Assembly: GCA_963777865.1 (NCBI GenBank)
Contig: CAVZSG010000004.1
Span: 115,650-179,649, forward strand
DNA: 64,000 bases
DNA from: an uncultured Chloroflexia bacterium
Lineage (GTDB): Bacteria; Chloroflexota; Chloroflexia; Thermomicrobiales; UBA6265
Direction of reading: 5' to 3'
The notes beneath the pieces are model-generated. The model saw nothing but the letters and a program-made list of their open reading frames with translations. It was not told the origin of the DNA and made no database searches. The translations under genes and the position numbers were made by a program. This document shows, in pieces, positions 12,068 through 22,464 of the stretch. Positions within the stretch are counted from its first letter, which is position 1; each line of letters starts with the position of its first letter.

Positions 12068-14169
12068 ATGTTTCGATGCAAAGTCTGCGGCTGGATTCAC
12101 GATGGGGTCGCGCCGCCGGATGAATGCCCGTCGTGCGGCGCCACCGGCGGATCGGTTCCGACCGATGGATTCGACCGAAGTCGGGCTGGCCACCGGGCGA
12201 ACTGGCCAGCCACGGGATCGTCGGGCAGGGCTATCGATATCGAGGTCGAGGACACGCGGCGCATCCGGCTGCTTGCGTTCGTCGACGCCTCCTTCTTCTC
12301 ACCCTATCACCGAGCGCACCGGCAAGCGCTATCGCATCTCCACCGGCGACGCGCAGTGGTTCTCGGACAACATTCCGTGCATGACGGCCTGCCCGTCGCA
12401 CACCGATATCTCGCGCTACATCGCGCTGATCGCCGACGGCCGCTATTCCGATAGCTACGAGCTGAACCGCGAGCAGCAATGTCTTCCCCGGCTGTCTCGG
12501 CCGCATGTGCGCCCGCCCGTGCGAGGACGCCTGCCGCCGCAAGGAAGTCGATGCCCCGATCGGCATCTGCTATCTGAAGCGCGTCGCGGCCGACTATCCG
12601 TGACAAGACCCGGCGCGAGAATTCCGCCGCCGAACGGCCTGACCGTCGCCATCATCGGCGCCGGCGTGAACGGTCTGACCTCCGCCCGCCAACTCGCTCG
12701 CAAGGGATACACGGTCACGATCTTCGAGCGCTACCCGGTGCCGGGCGGCGTGATGTGGGTGGGCGTGCCGGAATGGCGCCTGCCGCGCGATGTCATCATG
12801 GAAGAGGTCGAGCAGATTCTCGATCTCGGCATCGACATTCACTACAACACCGAGATCGGCAAGGACATCTCGTTCTGCCGATCTGGTCGAGCCAGTACGA
12901 CGCGGTGCTCATCTCGGCCGGCTGCCAGATTGCGCAGGAACTCGGCATTCCGGGCGAAGCACCTGAACGGCGTCGTTTCCGGCTATCAGTTCCTGGAAGA
13001 TGTCAATCTCGGCCAGAAGGATGTCTGGGTCGGCAAGCAGCGTCGTCACCGTCGGTGGTGGATTCACCTCGATGGACTGCGTGCGCACCGTGCTCCGCAT
13101 GGGCGCCGAGCGCTCGGTCATGACCTATCGCCGCTCGATCCAGGAGATTCCGGTCGAGGAACACGAGCTCGACGAGGCCGAGATCGAAGGCGTCGAGATC
13201 CAGTACATGGTCTCCCCGAACCGGGTCATCGGCGACGCCAACGGCAACGTCATCGGGATCGAGCTGATCCGCAACGAGCTGGGCGCGCCGGACGCACGCG
13301 GCCGCCGCCGCCCGGAGCCGGTGCCAGGCTCGGAATACATCATCGAATGCGACATGGTCATCAGCGCCATCGGCCAGAAGCAGGACAGCTCGCTTCCTGG
13401 GCGACGCGCTGCCGAACCGCGACCGCCGCGGCGTGCCGCTGCTGGACCAGAACCTGCGCACCGAGCTGCCGAATGTCTGGGCGGCTGGCGACTACGTGAT
13501 CAATCCGACCAACTTCATCTCGTCGATCGGCGAAGGGAAGCGTGTGGCCGATTTGATCGACACGCAGATGCGCGGCACCAAGCCGAAGATCAAGGATATG
13601 GAGATCACCCGCGTGCCGACCGAGTACATCTCCACCCCGAACGCGCTGCTTTCCGAAGGCGTCGCCGAGTGGTCGCTGACGCGCGATGAGCCGCCGCCTC
13701 GTCTGGGGCGACGACTATTCCGCGTCGGCCGGCAGGATGATGCCGGCTGCTGCCGGTGCCGCATGCGCGGCATGGGCATCGGGCGACACCACCATCGAGG
13801 TCGAGATCGGCTACACCAAGCCGATCGGATTCGAGGAAGCCAAGCGCTGCCTGCAGTGCCAGCTCAACATCTTCATCGACGGGCAACCGCTGCATTCTCT
13901 GCAACGGCTGCGTCGATGCCTGCCCGCACCAGTGCATCGAGATGATTTCGCCCGATCGCATCTACTCGATCGACAACGATGTCGAGCTGGCGCAGCTGGC
14001 GCGCGCCGAACTCGGACCGTACGCCGCCGCGATGGTGATCGACGAGCGATCGCTGCATTCGCTGCGGCATCTGCGTCGACTGGTGCCCGACCGAGTGCCT
14101 GACCATGGACCACTTCCGCCTGACCCCGGCCGGAACCCGCGAAAGCGTCGATCTGGCGATCGTGGCTGA
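12068..14169 (+). CDS. Rubredoxin-domain, FAD/NAD(P)H-dependent Fe-S oxidoreductase (GltD/NfnB/DsrL family) with C-terminal 2x[4Fe-4S] ferredoxin; many frameshifts
   Basis: N-terminal '[23 protein letters not shown]'; '[11 protein letters not shown]...[11 protein letters not shown]'; 'IIGAGVNG'; 'VGGGFTSMD'; 'YRRS'; 'EAKRCLQC'; '[12 protein letters not shown]' and a second CxxCxxCxxxCP near the end. Confidence 0.85.
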
Positions 14170-14201
14170 CTAAGCCCCTCTACAACACGTACAGCCAATG
14201 G

Positions 14202-14240
14202 AAACGCGCCCCGAAAAGGGCGCGTTTACCGTCTTTTATT
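14202..14240 (+). terminator. Intrinsic terminator
   Basis: 10-bp stem AAACGCGCCC-cgaaaa-GGGCGCGTTT followed by a T-rich tract. Confidence 0.75.
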
Positions 14241-14355
14241 ACCCTTGTACTTCCCTACCCCTTCCATTTTGCCTAATATTGCGTAAGATTGACCATAAAT
14301 GGGGCGACTCATTTATGTAACACCGTGCACACCGGGGAATCTGGTGGATCAATCG

Positions 14356-15279
14356 ATGCAGTTAGCGTTCTCAAACACAGACAGTTCGTTAGCCTCTGAC
14401 GAGCGCATCGCCGACCTCATCTCCGCAGCAGAATCCAATCTGACCGGGGACAGAGTCCGCGCGTTGTTTTTTGCCAACGAGGCGTTACAGCTCTCGGAAT
14501 CGCTTTCCCGACCAGATGCCGAGCTTCGTGCCCTCCGAATCATCATTGATGCAATGCAGGGCGATGGTCGCACGGCGGACGCCACTCCATACATCGTCCG
14601 CGCTATCGATCTGGCCGAGTCAATTTCTGACCGGGAAGCCCTCGACTCACTCGTCATGCTTCTGGGGCAATGGGCGGTGGAGATTGAGCGTACGCCAGCT
14701 GGTCAACGTCCTGGCGGCCGTCGTCGGCAGGAACCGTCACTCACATGGGTTCTCAGCACCATAGCTCGCCTCGAGCGCTCAAGGCCGGCCGTCAACTCCG
14801 ACCTCGATACCTTGGACCTGCCGGCAGAGCCGCTGCTGACCCGCCGACCAGATCTGGGAATCGAAGATCCCGAGACCGGTCTTCTCAATGCCAGAGGAAT
14901 GACCGTCGAATTGCTCCGCATAGAGGATCAGCAATCGAACTTCGCGGTAATCCAGGTCGCGGTTTCGGATGCGTTCTCCAATCTGTTTCTAGACACGGCG
15001 CGTGTAACTGCCGAATTGATCGGGGTAAACGGCGTCGTTGCCCGAAATGGAGAACTGATGGTCACCGCCATTCTCCCTGGTATCACCGGAATTGCCGCAA
15101 TGATGCTGGCCGAGCAACTGCGCGCCGGAATTGCCAGACTCGCCGCCGAGCAAAACGCGACGATTGGCATTGGCGTATCGATCAAACAGCCAGGCGATTC
15201 CAGCCGGGACATCCTCAGGCGAGTCGCTGATCGCCGGGAAGAGGCCACGTTCAGCGGCGGCGTGACTGTCGTCGGCTGA
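14356..15279 (+). CDS. TPR-like protein with degenerate GGDEF domain
   Basis: Helical N-terminus ('ALFFANEALQLS', 'YIVRAIDLAE'); 'DPETGLLNARG' GGDEF entry motif; active-site loop reads 'VARNGELMV', not GG[DE]EF. Confidence 0.65.
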   Translation: MQLAFSNTDSSLASDERIADLISAAESNLTGDRVRALFFANEALQLSESLSRPDAELRALRIIIDAMQGDGRTADATPYIVRAIDLAESISDREALDSLVMLLGQWAVEIERTPAGQRPGGRRRQEPSLTWVLSTIARLERSRPAVNSDLDTLDLPAEPLLTRRPDLGIEDPETGLLNARGMTVELLRIEDQQSNFAVIQVAVSDAFSNLFLDTARVTAELIGVNGVVARNGELMVTAILPGITGIAAMMLAEQLRAGIARLAAEQNATIGIGVSIKQPGDSSRDILRRVADRREEATFSGGVTVVG

Positions 15280-15349
15280 CATCGGTTCCAATTACCCGGG
15301 TATGGGTTAGTACCAGTCGCTTATCCGGACATCTCAACCTCATCGGGCC

Positions 15350-17323
15350 ATGACCGTACAGTCTCGACATGAGGGCAAATGCTCTCTCCGTTCGACGTAC
15401 CCCGTGGATCCATCCGCCGTGCCAAACGCAACACGGACCGAACAATCAAACCTGCTGAATTTGACCGAGATGATCGGTGATTGGCCCATGGCTCGCATTT
15501 GGCTGGAACCAATCGGCGCTGTTACCGTCGGCCGGGAAATCCTGAACGCCGCCGTGGCCCTAGGAGATTGCAGCGCAACCGCCTGGGCTCATGTGATCAT
15601 TGCCAGCGGTCTCTCGGTCCAAGGCACGCACACTGAGGCCGAACCCCATCTCGATGAGGCCATGGCAATCTTCACCGATCTGAAGGACGAGATTGGCCAG
15701 GCCACCACGATCCTCCGAAACGATCTGGTCTGGCTCGATCGTGAGGATCACAGCAAAGCTCTGGACAATCTCTTCCGGGCGCTGGAACTTGCCCGGAAGC
15801 ATGAGGATCGGGAACTCGAAGGCGCAATCCTGAATGATCTTGGACTGCAGTTCGACCTATCCGGACAACCCGAAGACGCCGCCACCCACCTCTTTCTGGC
15901 TCTCGAGATCGCTAACGACGATGATCGGCAGTGGCAAGCTACCCTCCTGTACAACATTGGTTATGTCATATCAAATCAACCGGATCATGAGACGGCCGTT
16001 CAGTGGCTCGAGGAGGCGTTGGAACTGTCCGACCAGATCGGCGATTTCTCGACGGCAATCTACGCCCACGAATCACTGGCGGTCAGCCTTGAGCACCTCG
16101 GTTGCACAGAGATGGCCCTGGTCCACCTTCTGGAGGGGCTGAATAAAGCAGAGCACAATAACTACCTTCGCTCATTCGCATCACTCAGCCTTGATGCCGG
16201 CCGCATGCTCGCCAGGACGGACCCCACATCGGCTCTCGCCCATCTTGCACGGTCGGCCGAGGTTGCCCGCGGTCTGGGTGACGACATGCTGATGGCAAGA
16301 GCATGTCTGGCCGAATGGCGCGCGGCCCAGATAACAGGCGAATGGTCTGTTGAGCTGTTGGAATTGCTGCAACAGGCCGTTGAACTTGTTGAGCGCGTTC
16401 GCCCATCAGAGCAAACAGCGATCCTCTTCTACGACGCGCTGGTAGACACATGCCGCGCGCTTGATCGTCCAGCAGAAGCTCTTGAGTACGCGATGCTCGG
16501 TGCCGAACGGAAGGAACGCTATTGGCGCCGACTGGCCGAGTCGCGCGGGGTCCAAAGCACCCGGAGGCATCAACTCGACCATGCCGAGGCGGTCGCCAAG
16601 CGGGAGCGTCAGCAACGAGTTGAACTTACGAACGCCCTTCGTGAACTGGAGGCGGTGAACAAGGTTAATGAGGATCTGGTATTTCAGCTTCGCGAACAAG
16701 CGATCCTCCTTGAGCGCCAGGCGACGGAAGATTCACTGACTCTGCTGGGCAACCGTCGCTTCTTCGATGACCAACTGGATCGTGAGATTGTTCGAGCGGC
16801 AACGTTCAACCGGCCAGTCTCCGTTGCACTGGCCGATGTCGATAACTTCAAACTGATCAATGACCGGTACACGCATCGGGTTGGCGACCGGGTCCTGCAA
16901 ACACTGGCCGAACTCTTCCGTACCGACAGCCGCGAGACCGACAGCATCGCCAGGTATGGGGGTGAAGAGTTCGCGTTCCTCTTTCCGGAGACAACCCTGG
17001 AGGGGAGCAGTCAACGGGCGGAACGACTTCGCCGGTCAATCGATTCGTACGATTGGTCGCAAATAGCCATCGGTTTGCGGGTCACAATCAGCATCGGCGT
17101 GGTTTGTGGAGAAGGGCGGGTCGACGCCAACCATATGATGGCCAGCGCTGACGCACTGCTCTACCTGGCCAAGCATCGGGGACGCAATCAAGTTCGAAGT
17201 AGCGCAATGTCTGACATCGCGACTGAACCAGACCTGAATTGGCGATCGACGACATTCTCATCACCGTCCCAACCCCTACCGAAATCCCTCAGCACGGACG
17301 CGCTTCGCCGGGTTGCCATATAA
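15350..17323 (+). CDS. TPR-repeat diguanylate cyclase
   Basis: TPR-like repeats, coiled coil, 'EDSLTLLGNRR', 'DVDNFKLINDRYTHRVGD', 'RETDSIARYGGEEF', 'AKHRGRNQV'. Start uncertain. Confidence 0.92.
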   Translation: MTVQSRHEGKCSLRSTYPVDPSAVPNATRTEQSNLLNLTEMIGDWPMARIWLEPIGAVTVGREILNAAVALGDCSATAWAHVIIASGLSVQGTHTEAEPHLDEAMAIFTDLKDEIGQATTILRNDLVWLDREDHSKALDNLFRALELARKHEDRELEGAILNDLGLQFDLSGQPEDAATHLFLALEIANDDDRQWQATLLYNIGYVISNQPDHETAVQWLEEALELSDQIGDFSTAIYAHESLAVSLEHLGCTEMALVHLLEGLNKAEHNNYLRSFASLSLDAGRMLARTDPTSALAHLARSAEVARGLGDDMLMARACLAEWRAAQITGEWSVELLELLQQAVELVERVRPSEQTAILFYDALVDTCRALDRPAEALEYAMLGAERKERYWRRLAESRGVQSTRRHQLDHAEAVAKRERQQRVELTNALRELEAVNKVNEDLVFQLREQAILLERQATEDSLTLLGNRRFFDDQLDREIVRAATFNRPVSVALADVDNFKLINDRYTHRVGDRVLQTLAELFRTDSRETDSIARYGGEEFAFLFPETTLEGSSQRAERLRRSIDSYDWSQIAIGLRVTISIGVVCGEGRVDANHMMASADALLYLAKHRGRNQVRSSAMSDIATEPDLNWRSTTFSSPSQPLPKSLSTDALRRVAI

Positions 17324-17443
17324 GTGCGAGTGTCCAAAGTGACGTCTTGTTCACGCTTGACAGTACCTGACACCCATACATCAACCTTCACGGCCCGATC
17401 TCTGGAAACTAGATTGATTCGAGGTTTAAGGAGACGGATTAGA

Positions 17444-19321
17444 TTGATTCACAACGCCCGGCACGTGGCCAGTAATGAGCCGCGATCGTCCATCAAGGAC
17501 GAGATTGATGCTCGCCTCGCTCGCTGGAATTCCACGGAGATCTGGGCCGATCCAGACGCGGCCAAACAGGCAGGTCATTGGGGCCTTGAGGCAAGCTCGG
17601 CAATCGGTTACATCGGCGGCCAGGCGCAGGCTTTACTGATCCTCGCCGGTACGACCTACCTCACGGGAGATTGCAGCTCATCAGAAGAGCTCCTGAATCG
17701 GGCAGACGATCTCTTCGCATCAATCGGAGATGAGCTGGGCCGCGCCCGTGTCATTCCACATCGGGGTTTCATCTGGCTGGAGCGGGAGGATTTCGTAACC
17801 GCGTTGGACGCCCAGTCGAAGGCGCTGGAGGTCGCTCGCAGATACGGTGACATCGAACTGGAGGTTGAGCTGCTCAATGACATGGGCACCCAGTTCCATT
17901 ACGCCGGGCAAATGGACGATGCAATCAAGTGCCTCTATGAAGCGCTTGAGCTGGCTCGGGACCTCCCCACGCGTACCTGGGAGGCGTACCTGACCATGAA
18001 CATTGGGGCTACGTCCATTGAACGCTCGGAGATAACTGAATCTCTGGAGTGGATCGCTCGTGCTGGCCAAATCTTTGAGGATTTAGGGCATGCGGCGGGC
18101 CAATCCTACGTTCAGATCAATCTCGCTGAAGTTGCCGAACGCAATGGCAATCTGAGCCTCGCGCTGGATCACTTGCTTACCGCCAGGTCGCTGGTAAAAG
18201 ATCAATCCGCCCGGGCTCACATCCTGTTCGAGATCGGCCGCCTGTATTCCGACCTGGGCGATGCAGACCTGGCAATCGATGCCTTCCGGGAAAGTGCGGC
18301 ACTTGTCCGCCTCTTCCACGATGAATATCAGCAATCTCGGGCAGCGCTGGCCGATTGGCAAATCGCCCGGCTTACGAACGTTTACGGAAAAGAGTTGTTG
18401 GCCGAACTGCAGTACGCAGAGGTCGTCTTCTCTCGCTCGGGTGGGTCAGTTCGCAAGCTCTTCAGGGTGTACGACGCCCTTATCGACGCGTGCCGTAACC
18501 TCGGAGAACTTGACCTTGCTCTGGATTACTCTGCAAGGGCCATGGAGGCCAAGGAGCAGTTCTGGATGAATCTGGCCGAGCAGCGCTCCATGCTGACCAG
18601 CAAGTTGCATCAACTCGGTGACGCGCAGGCCGTTGCCGAACGGGAACGTAAGCAGCGAAGGGAAGTGGAGCAGCTCTACCAGCAGAATGAATTGTTGATC
18701 ACCCAACTGCGCGAACAGTCGGCCATGCTGGAGCGCCAGGCCACCGAGGATTCCCTCACGCTTATCGGCAACCGCCGCTACTTCGATGGACATCTCGAGC
18801 GTGAACTGGTGCGAGCTGCCCGCTTCGCACGACCCGTTTCCGTTGCACTCGTCGACGTCGATCACTTCAAGCTGGTCAACGATCAGTTCACGCACCGAAT
18901 TGGTGACCAGGTTCTTCAGCACCTCGCCAGGATCATGCGCAACGCCATTCGCGAGACAGATTTCATCGCCCGTTACGGAGGCGAGGAGTTCGCCGTGCTC
19001 TTTCCGGAATCTGATCTGGAAACAGCCTCAGAACAGGCCGAATCGATTCGCAGGGCAGTTGAGGCGCACGACTGGCACGATCTGGTTCCCGGTCTTTCAG
19101 TCACGGTGAGCATTGGTCTGGTGGCTGGAGACGGACTGTCAAGTTTCAACCGGCTAATGGCGAGTGCGGACGCAATGCTCTACCTCGCCAAGCACCGCGG
19201 TCGGAATCAGGTTCGGAGCATCTCAATGGATGAAAGCTCAATCGAACCGGGCAAGACCTGGCAAGAAAACGACCTCACGATTACGGCCGAACGTATGCAA
19301 CGCTTCGCAACCGCCTCTTGA
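17444..19321 (+). CDS. TPR-repeat diguanylate cyclase (paralog of the preceding gene)
   Basis: Same architecture: 'EDSLTLIGNRR', 'RETDFIARYGGEEF', 'AKHRGRNQV'. AAGGAG RBS before an in-frame TTG at 17444. Confidence 0.92.
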   Translation: MIHNARHVASNEPRSSIKDEIDARLARWNSTEIWADPDAAKQAGHWGLEASSAIGYIGGQAQALLILAGTTYLTGDCSSSEELLNRADDLFASIGDELGRARVIPHRGFIWLEREDFVTALDAQSKALEVARRYGDIELEVELLNDMGTQFHYAGQMDDAIKCLYEALELARDLPTRTWEAYLTMNIGATSIERSEITESLEWIARAGQIFEDLGHAAGQSYVQINLAEVAERNGNLSLALDHLLTARSLVKDQSARAHILFEIGRLYSDLGDADLAIDAFRESAALVRLFHDEYQQSRAALADWQIARLTNVYGKELLAELQYAEVVFSRSGGSVRKLFRVYDALIDACRNLGELDLALDYSARAMEAKEQFWMNLAEQRSMLTSKLHQLGDAQAVAERERKQRREVEQLYQQNELLITQLREQSAMLERQATEDSLTLIGNRRYFDGHLERELVRAARFARPVSVALVDVDHFKLVNDQFTHRIGDQVLQHLARIMRNAIRETDFIARYGGEEFAVLFPESDLETASEQAESIRRAVEAHDWHDLVPGLSVTVSIGLVAGDGLSSFNRLMASADAMLYLAKHRGRNQVRSISMDESSIEPGKTWQENDLTITAERMQRFATAS

Positions 19322-19393
19322 CCCCAACCCATCCGTAGCTCAAGCATGTGAGAATGTGACCCGGATACGATTTGCTTCGGTCAGGATCACCGT

Positions 19394-20239
19394 ATGTCGC
19401 TCGCCCGTGCCACCGTCTGCCTTTCGTTCGACTTCGATGCTATTTCCGTCTGGATCGGGCCACGTGGCTCGAATTCCCCGAGTGCGATCTCGCGCGGTGA
19501 ATATGCCGTGCTCGGTGTCAAGCGGGTGCTTAAGGTACTCGCCGACCGCAACATTGCAGCGACGTTCTATGTACCAGGCCACACCGTTGAGACCTACCCT
19601 GCCTCGATTGAGGCAATCCTCGCAGCTGGGCACGAGATCGGGCACCATGGCTATTTGCACGAGAACCCGAGTGCCTTACCATCGAAAGATGAAGAGCGCC
19701 GAATCCTGGAGCGTGGTCTGAAGGCAATTGCCGATGTCGCCCAGATCACTCCAACTGGCTACCGGTCTCCGTCCTGGGACAACTCCCCACACACCATCGA
19801 CCTGCTGCTCGAATACGGCTTCCGCTACGAAAGCTCCCTCATGGCTCAGGACTTCGAGCCGTACTGGTGCCGGGTTGGTGACCAGCTGCACTTCGACCGC
19901 GCTGCCGAATTCGGAGTCAACGTCGATCTGGTCGAAATGCCGGTCAGCTGGGTACTGGACGATTTCCCCCACTTCGAGTTCCTGCGCAATCCAGAGGTTG
20001 TCTTTCCCGGCCTCTCCGCCGGCAGCAAGGTCGAGGAAATCTGGCGCGAGGAATTCACGTTCATGTACCGGGACGTCCCGAACGGTATCTACACATTGAC
20101 GATGCATCCAGAGATTATCGGCAAGGGGCACCGCATTTTGATGCTGGAGCGGCTGATCGATTGGATGGCTGGGCACGACGGCGTCGAGTTTGCCCGAGTC
20201 TCGGACACCGCCGAGAAATGGCGCTTGGCACAGCGCTGA
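19394..20239 (+). CDS. Polysaccharide deacetylase family protein (CE4, PuuE/PgdA-like)
   Basis: 'LSFDFD', 'GHEIGHHGYLHE', 'GYRSPSW', 'LTMHP' CE4 motifs. Confidence 0.88.
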   Translation: MSLARATVCLSFDFDAISVWIGPRGSNSPSAISRGEYAVLGVKRVLKVLADRNIAATFYVPGHTVETYPASIEAILAAGHEIGHHGYLHENPSALPSKDEERRILERGLKAIADVAQITPTGYRSPSWDNSPHTIDLLLEYGFRYESSLMAQDFEPYWCRVGDQLHFDRAAEFGVNVDLVEMPVSWVLDDFPHFEFLRNPEVVFPGLSAGSKVEEIWREEFTFMYRDVPNGIYTLTMHPEIIGKGHRILMLERLIDWMAGHDGVEFARVSDTAEKWRLAQR

Positions 20240-20270
20240 ACCCATTCGAACAATTCGGGCACATCGCATA

Positions 20271-20331
20271 TTGACAACCGGATTGCCTAAACTATCGTAT
20301 AGTAAGTAATGTCTGACCCGGAACGTCAGAC
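20271..20331 (+). promoter_or_regulatory. Putative sigma70 promoter with Rrf2/IscR-like inverted repeat upstream of the A-type carrier gene
   Basis: TTGACA at 20271-20276, AT-rich -10 region (TATCGT/TATAGT), then GTCTGAC-N7-GTCAGAC at 20311-20331. Confidence 0.55.
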
Positions 20332-20383
20332 TCTGGATTAATGGATCTAGCACACCGCAGGGTGAGGATATAAGGAGTTCAGC

Positions 20384-20773
20384 GTGGCTGTAACGACTAC
20401 CCCAATGCTTTCTATCACCGAGGACGCCGTCACGCAGTTGAAGTCGTTCCTTGATGAGCAGGGCACCCCGGATCACGCATTGCGCGTATTCGTGGCCCCT
20501 GGTGGCTGCTCCGGCCTTCAATACGGTATGACGATCGAAGAATCGGCCGACGAAGGTGATGAGGTCATCGAGACCGATGGCGTGCGAATCATCGTCGACA
20601 ACTTCAGTGCAATGTATCTCGGTGGCGCAACAGTTGACTTCGTCAACTCGCTGATGGGCGGTGGGTTCACTATCCACAACCCAAATGCGGTCGCCTCCTG
20701 TGGCTGCGGACACTCGTTCGATACGGGCGAGAATGAGCAGACAGCGCACGGATGTGGTTGCGGAAGCCACTAG
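20384..20773 (+). CDS. Iron-sulfur cluster assembly accessory protein (HesB/IscA/ErpA family)
   Basis: 'GGCSGLQY' and 'NPNAVASCGCGHSF' signature cysteines; AAGGAG RBS. Confidence 0.95.
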   Translation: MAVTTTPMLSITEDAVTQLKSFLDEQGTPDHALRVFVAPGGCSGLQYGMTIEESADEGDEVIETDGVRIIVDNFSAMYLGGATVDFVNSLMGGGFTIHNPNAVASCGCGHSFDTGENEQTAHGCGCGSH

Positions 20774-20799
20774 GCCCCAATCCAGTACAACAAGACTGA

Positions 20800-20838
20800 G
20801 CGGTGTGAACGGGAAACCGGCCACACCGCTTCTTTTTG
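20800..20838 (+). terminator. Intrinsic terminator
   Basis: AGCGGTGTG...CACACCGCT stem followed by TCTTTTT. Confidence 0.7.
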
Positions 20839-21039
20839 CACGTCATATCGTCCTGGCATCACGGTACGAACATTCCGGAATCTCTCATTCCATCTCTCTT
20901 CCAGTTCCCTGACAGCAACGTGAGCACTGCTACCAGTCAGGGGTTGCGCCTACCTATATGATGGTGGGGAGGTGACGCTTTGGAGAAAGAACTCTGCAAC
21001 CGGATTCGATGCAGTACCCCCTTCCCAAATCGTCAACTC

Positions 21040-21055
21040 TGTGATAATATTCACA
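21040..21055. promoter_or_regulatory. Perfect TGTGA-N6-TCACA palindrome (Crp/Fnr- or Rex-type box) upstream of the sigma factor
   Basis: Sequence TGTGATAATATTCACA, overlapping an extended -10-like TGTGATAAT. Confidence 0.55.
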
Positions 21056-21346
21056 AGTTGTGGGGCGGAATGTTGTACCACAACAAACCGCACGCACTGA
21101 CTCGCAAACAAGACCGGATCGCGAGCAGCCGCTCTTTTATCTTGTTGAAGAACCGCAGTTTCAGGAACCGCGTGCGCCACGGCGACGCACCTTTGCGTGT
21201 CGCGACTTTAGCGACAACATGAGCGCCAGGTTCCCGATTTCCCCGCCGGTCTCAGCTCGATGGGAGCGCTCTCTCACTCAACGGTCGGCATGTATTCAGT
21301 TTTCATCCGCTATGCCGTTCGCACCCTGTAAGGAGCAATGCACTTA

Positions 21347-22361
<1,015 letters not shown>

Positions 22362-22390
22362 CGCTGGATCTCCCTAGCCAACCCTATTTC

Positions 22391-22426
22391 GCAGGCCAGG
22401 CCCCCTCGGGGGTGCTGGCCTGCTTT
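22391..22426 (+). terminator. Intrinsic terminator
   Basis: GCAGGCCAG...CTGGCCTGC stem followed by TTT right after the sigma gene. Confidence 0.65.
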
Positions 22427-22464
22427 GCTGTACGCCGGAGAAAAATTGCCCTCACCGGGCGCTG

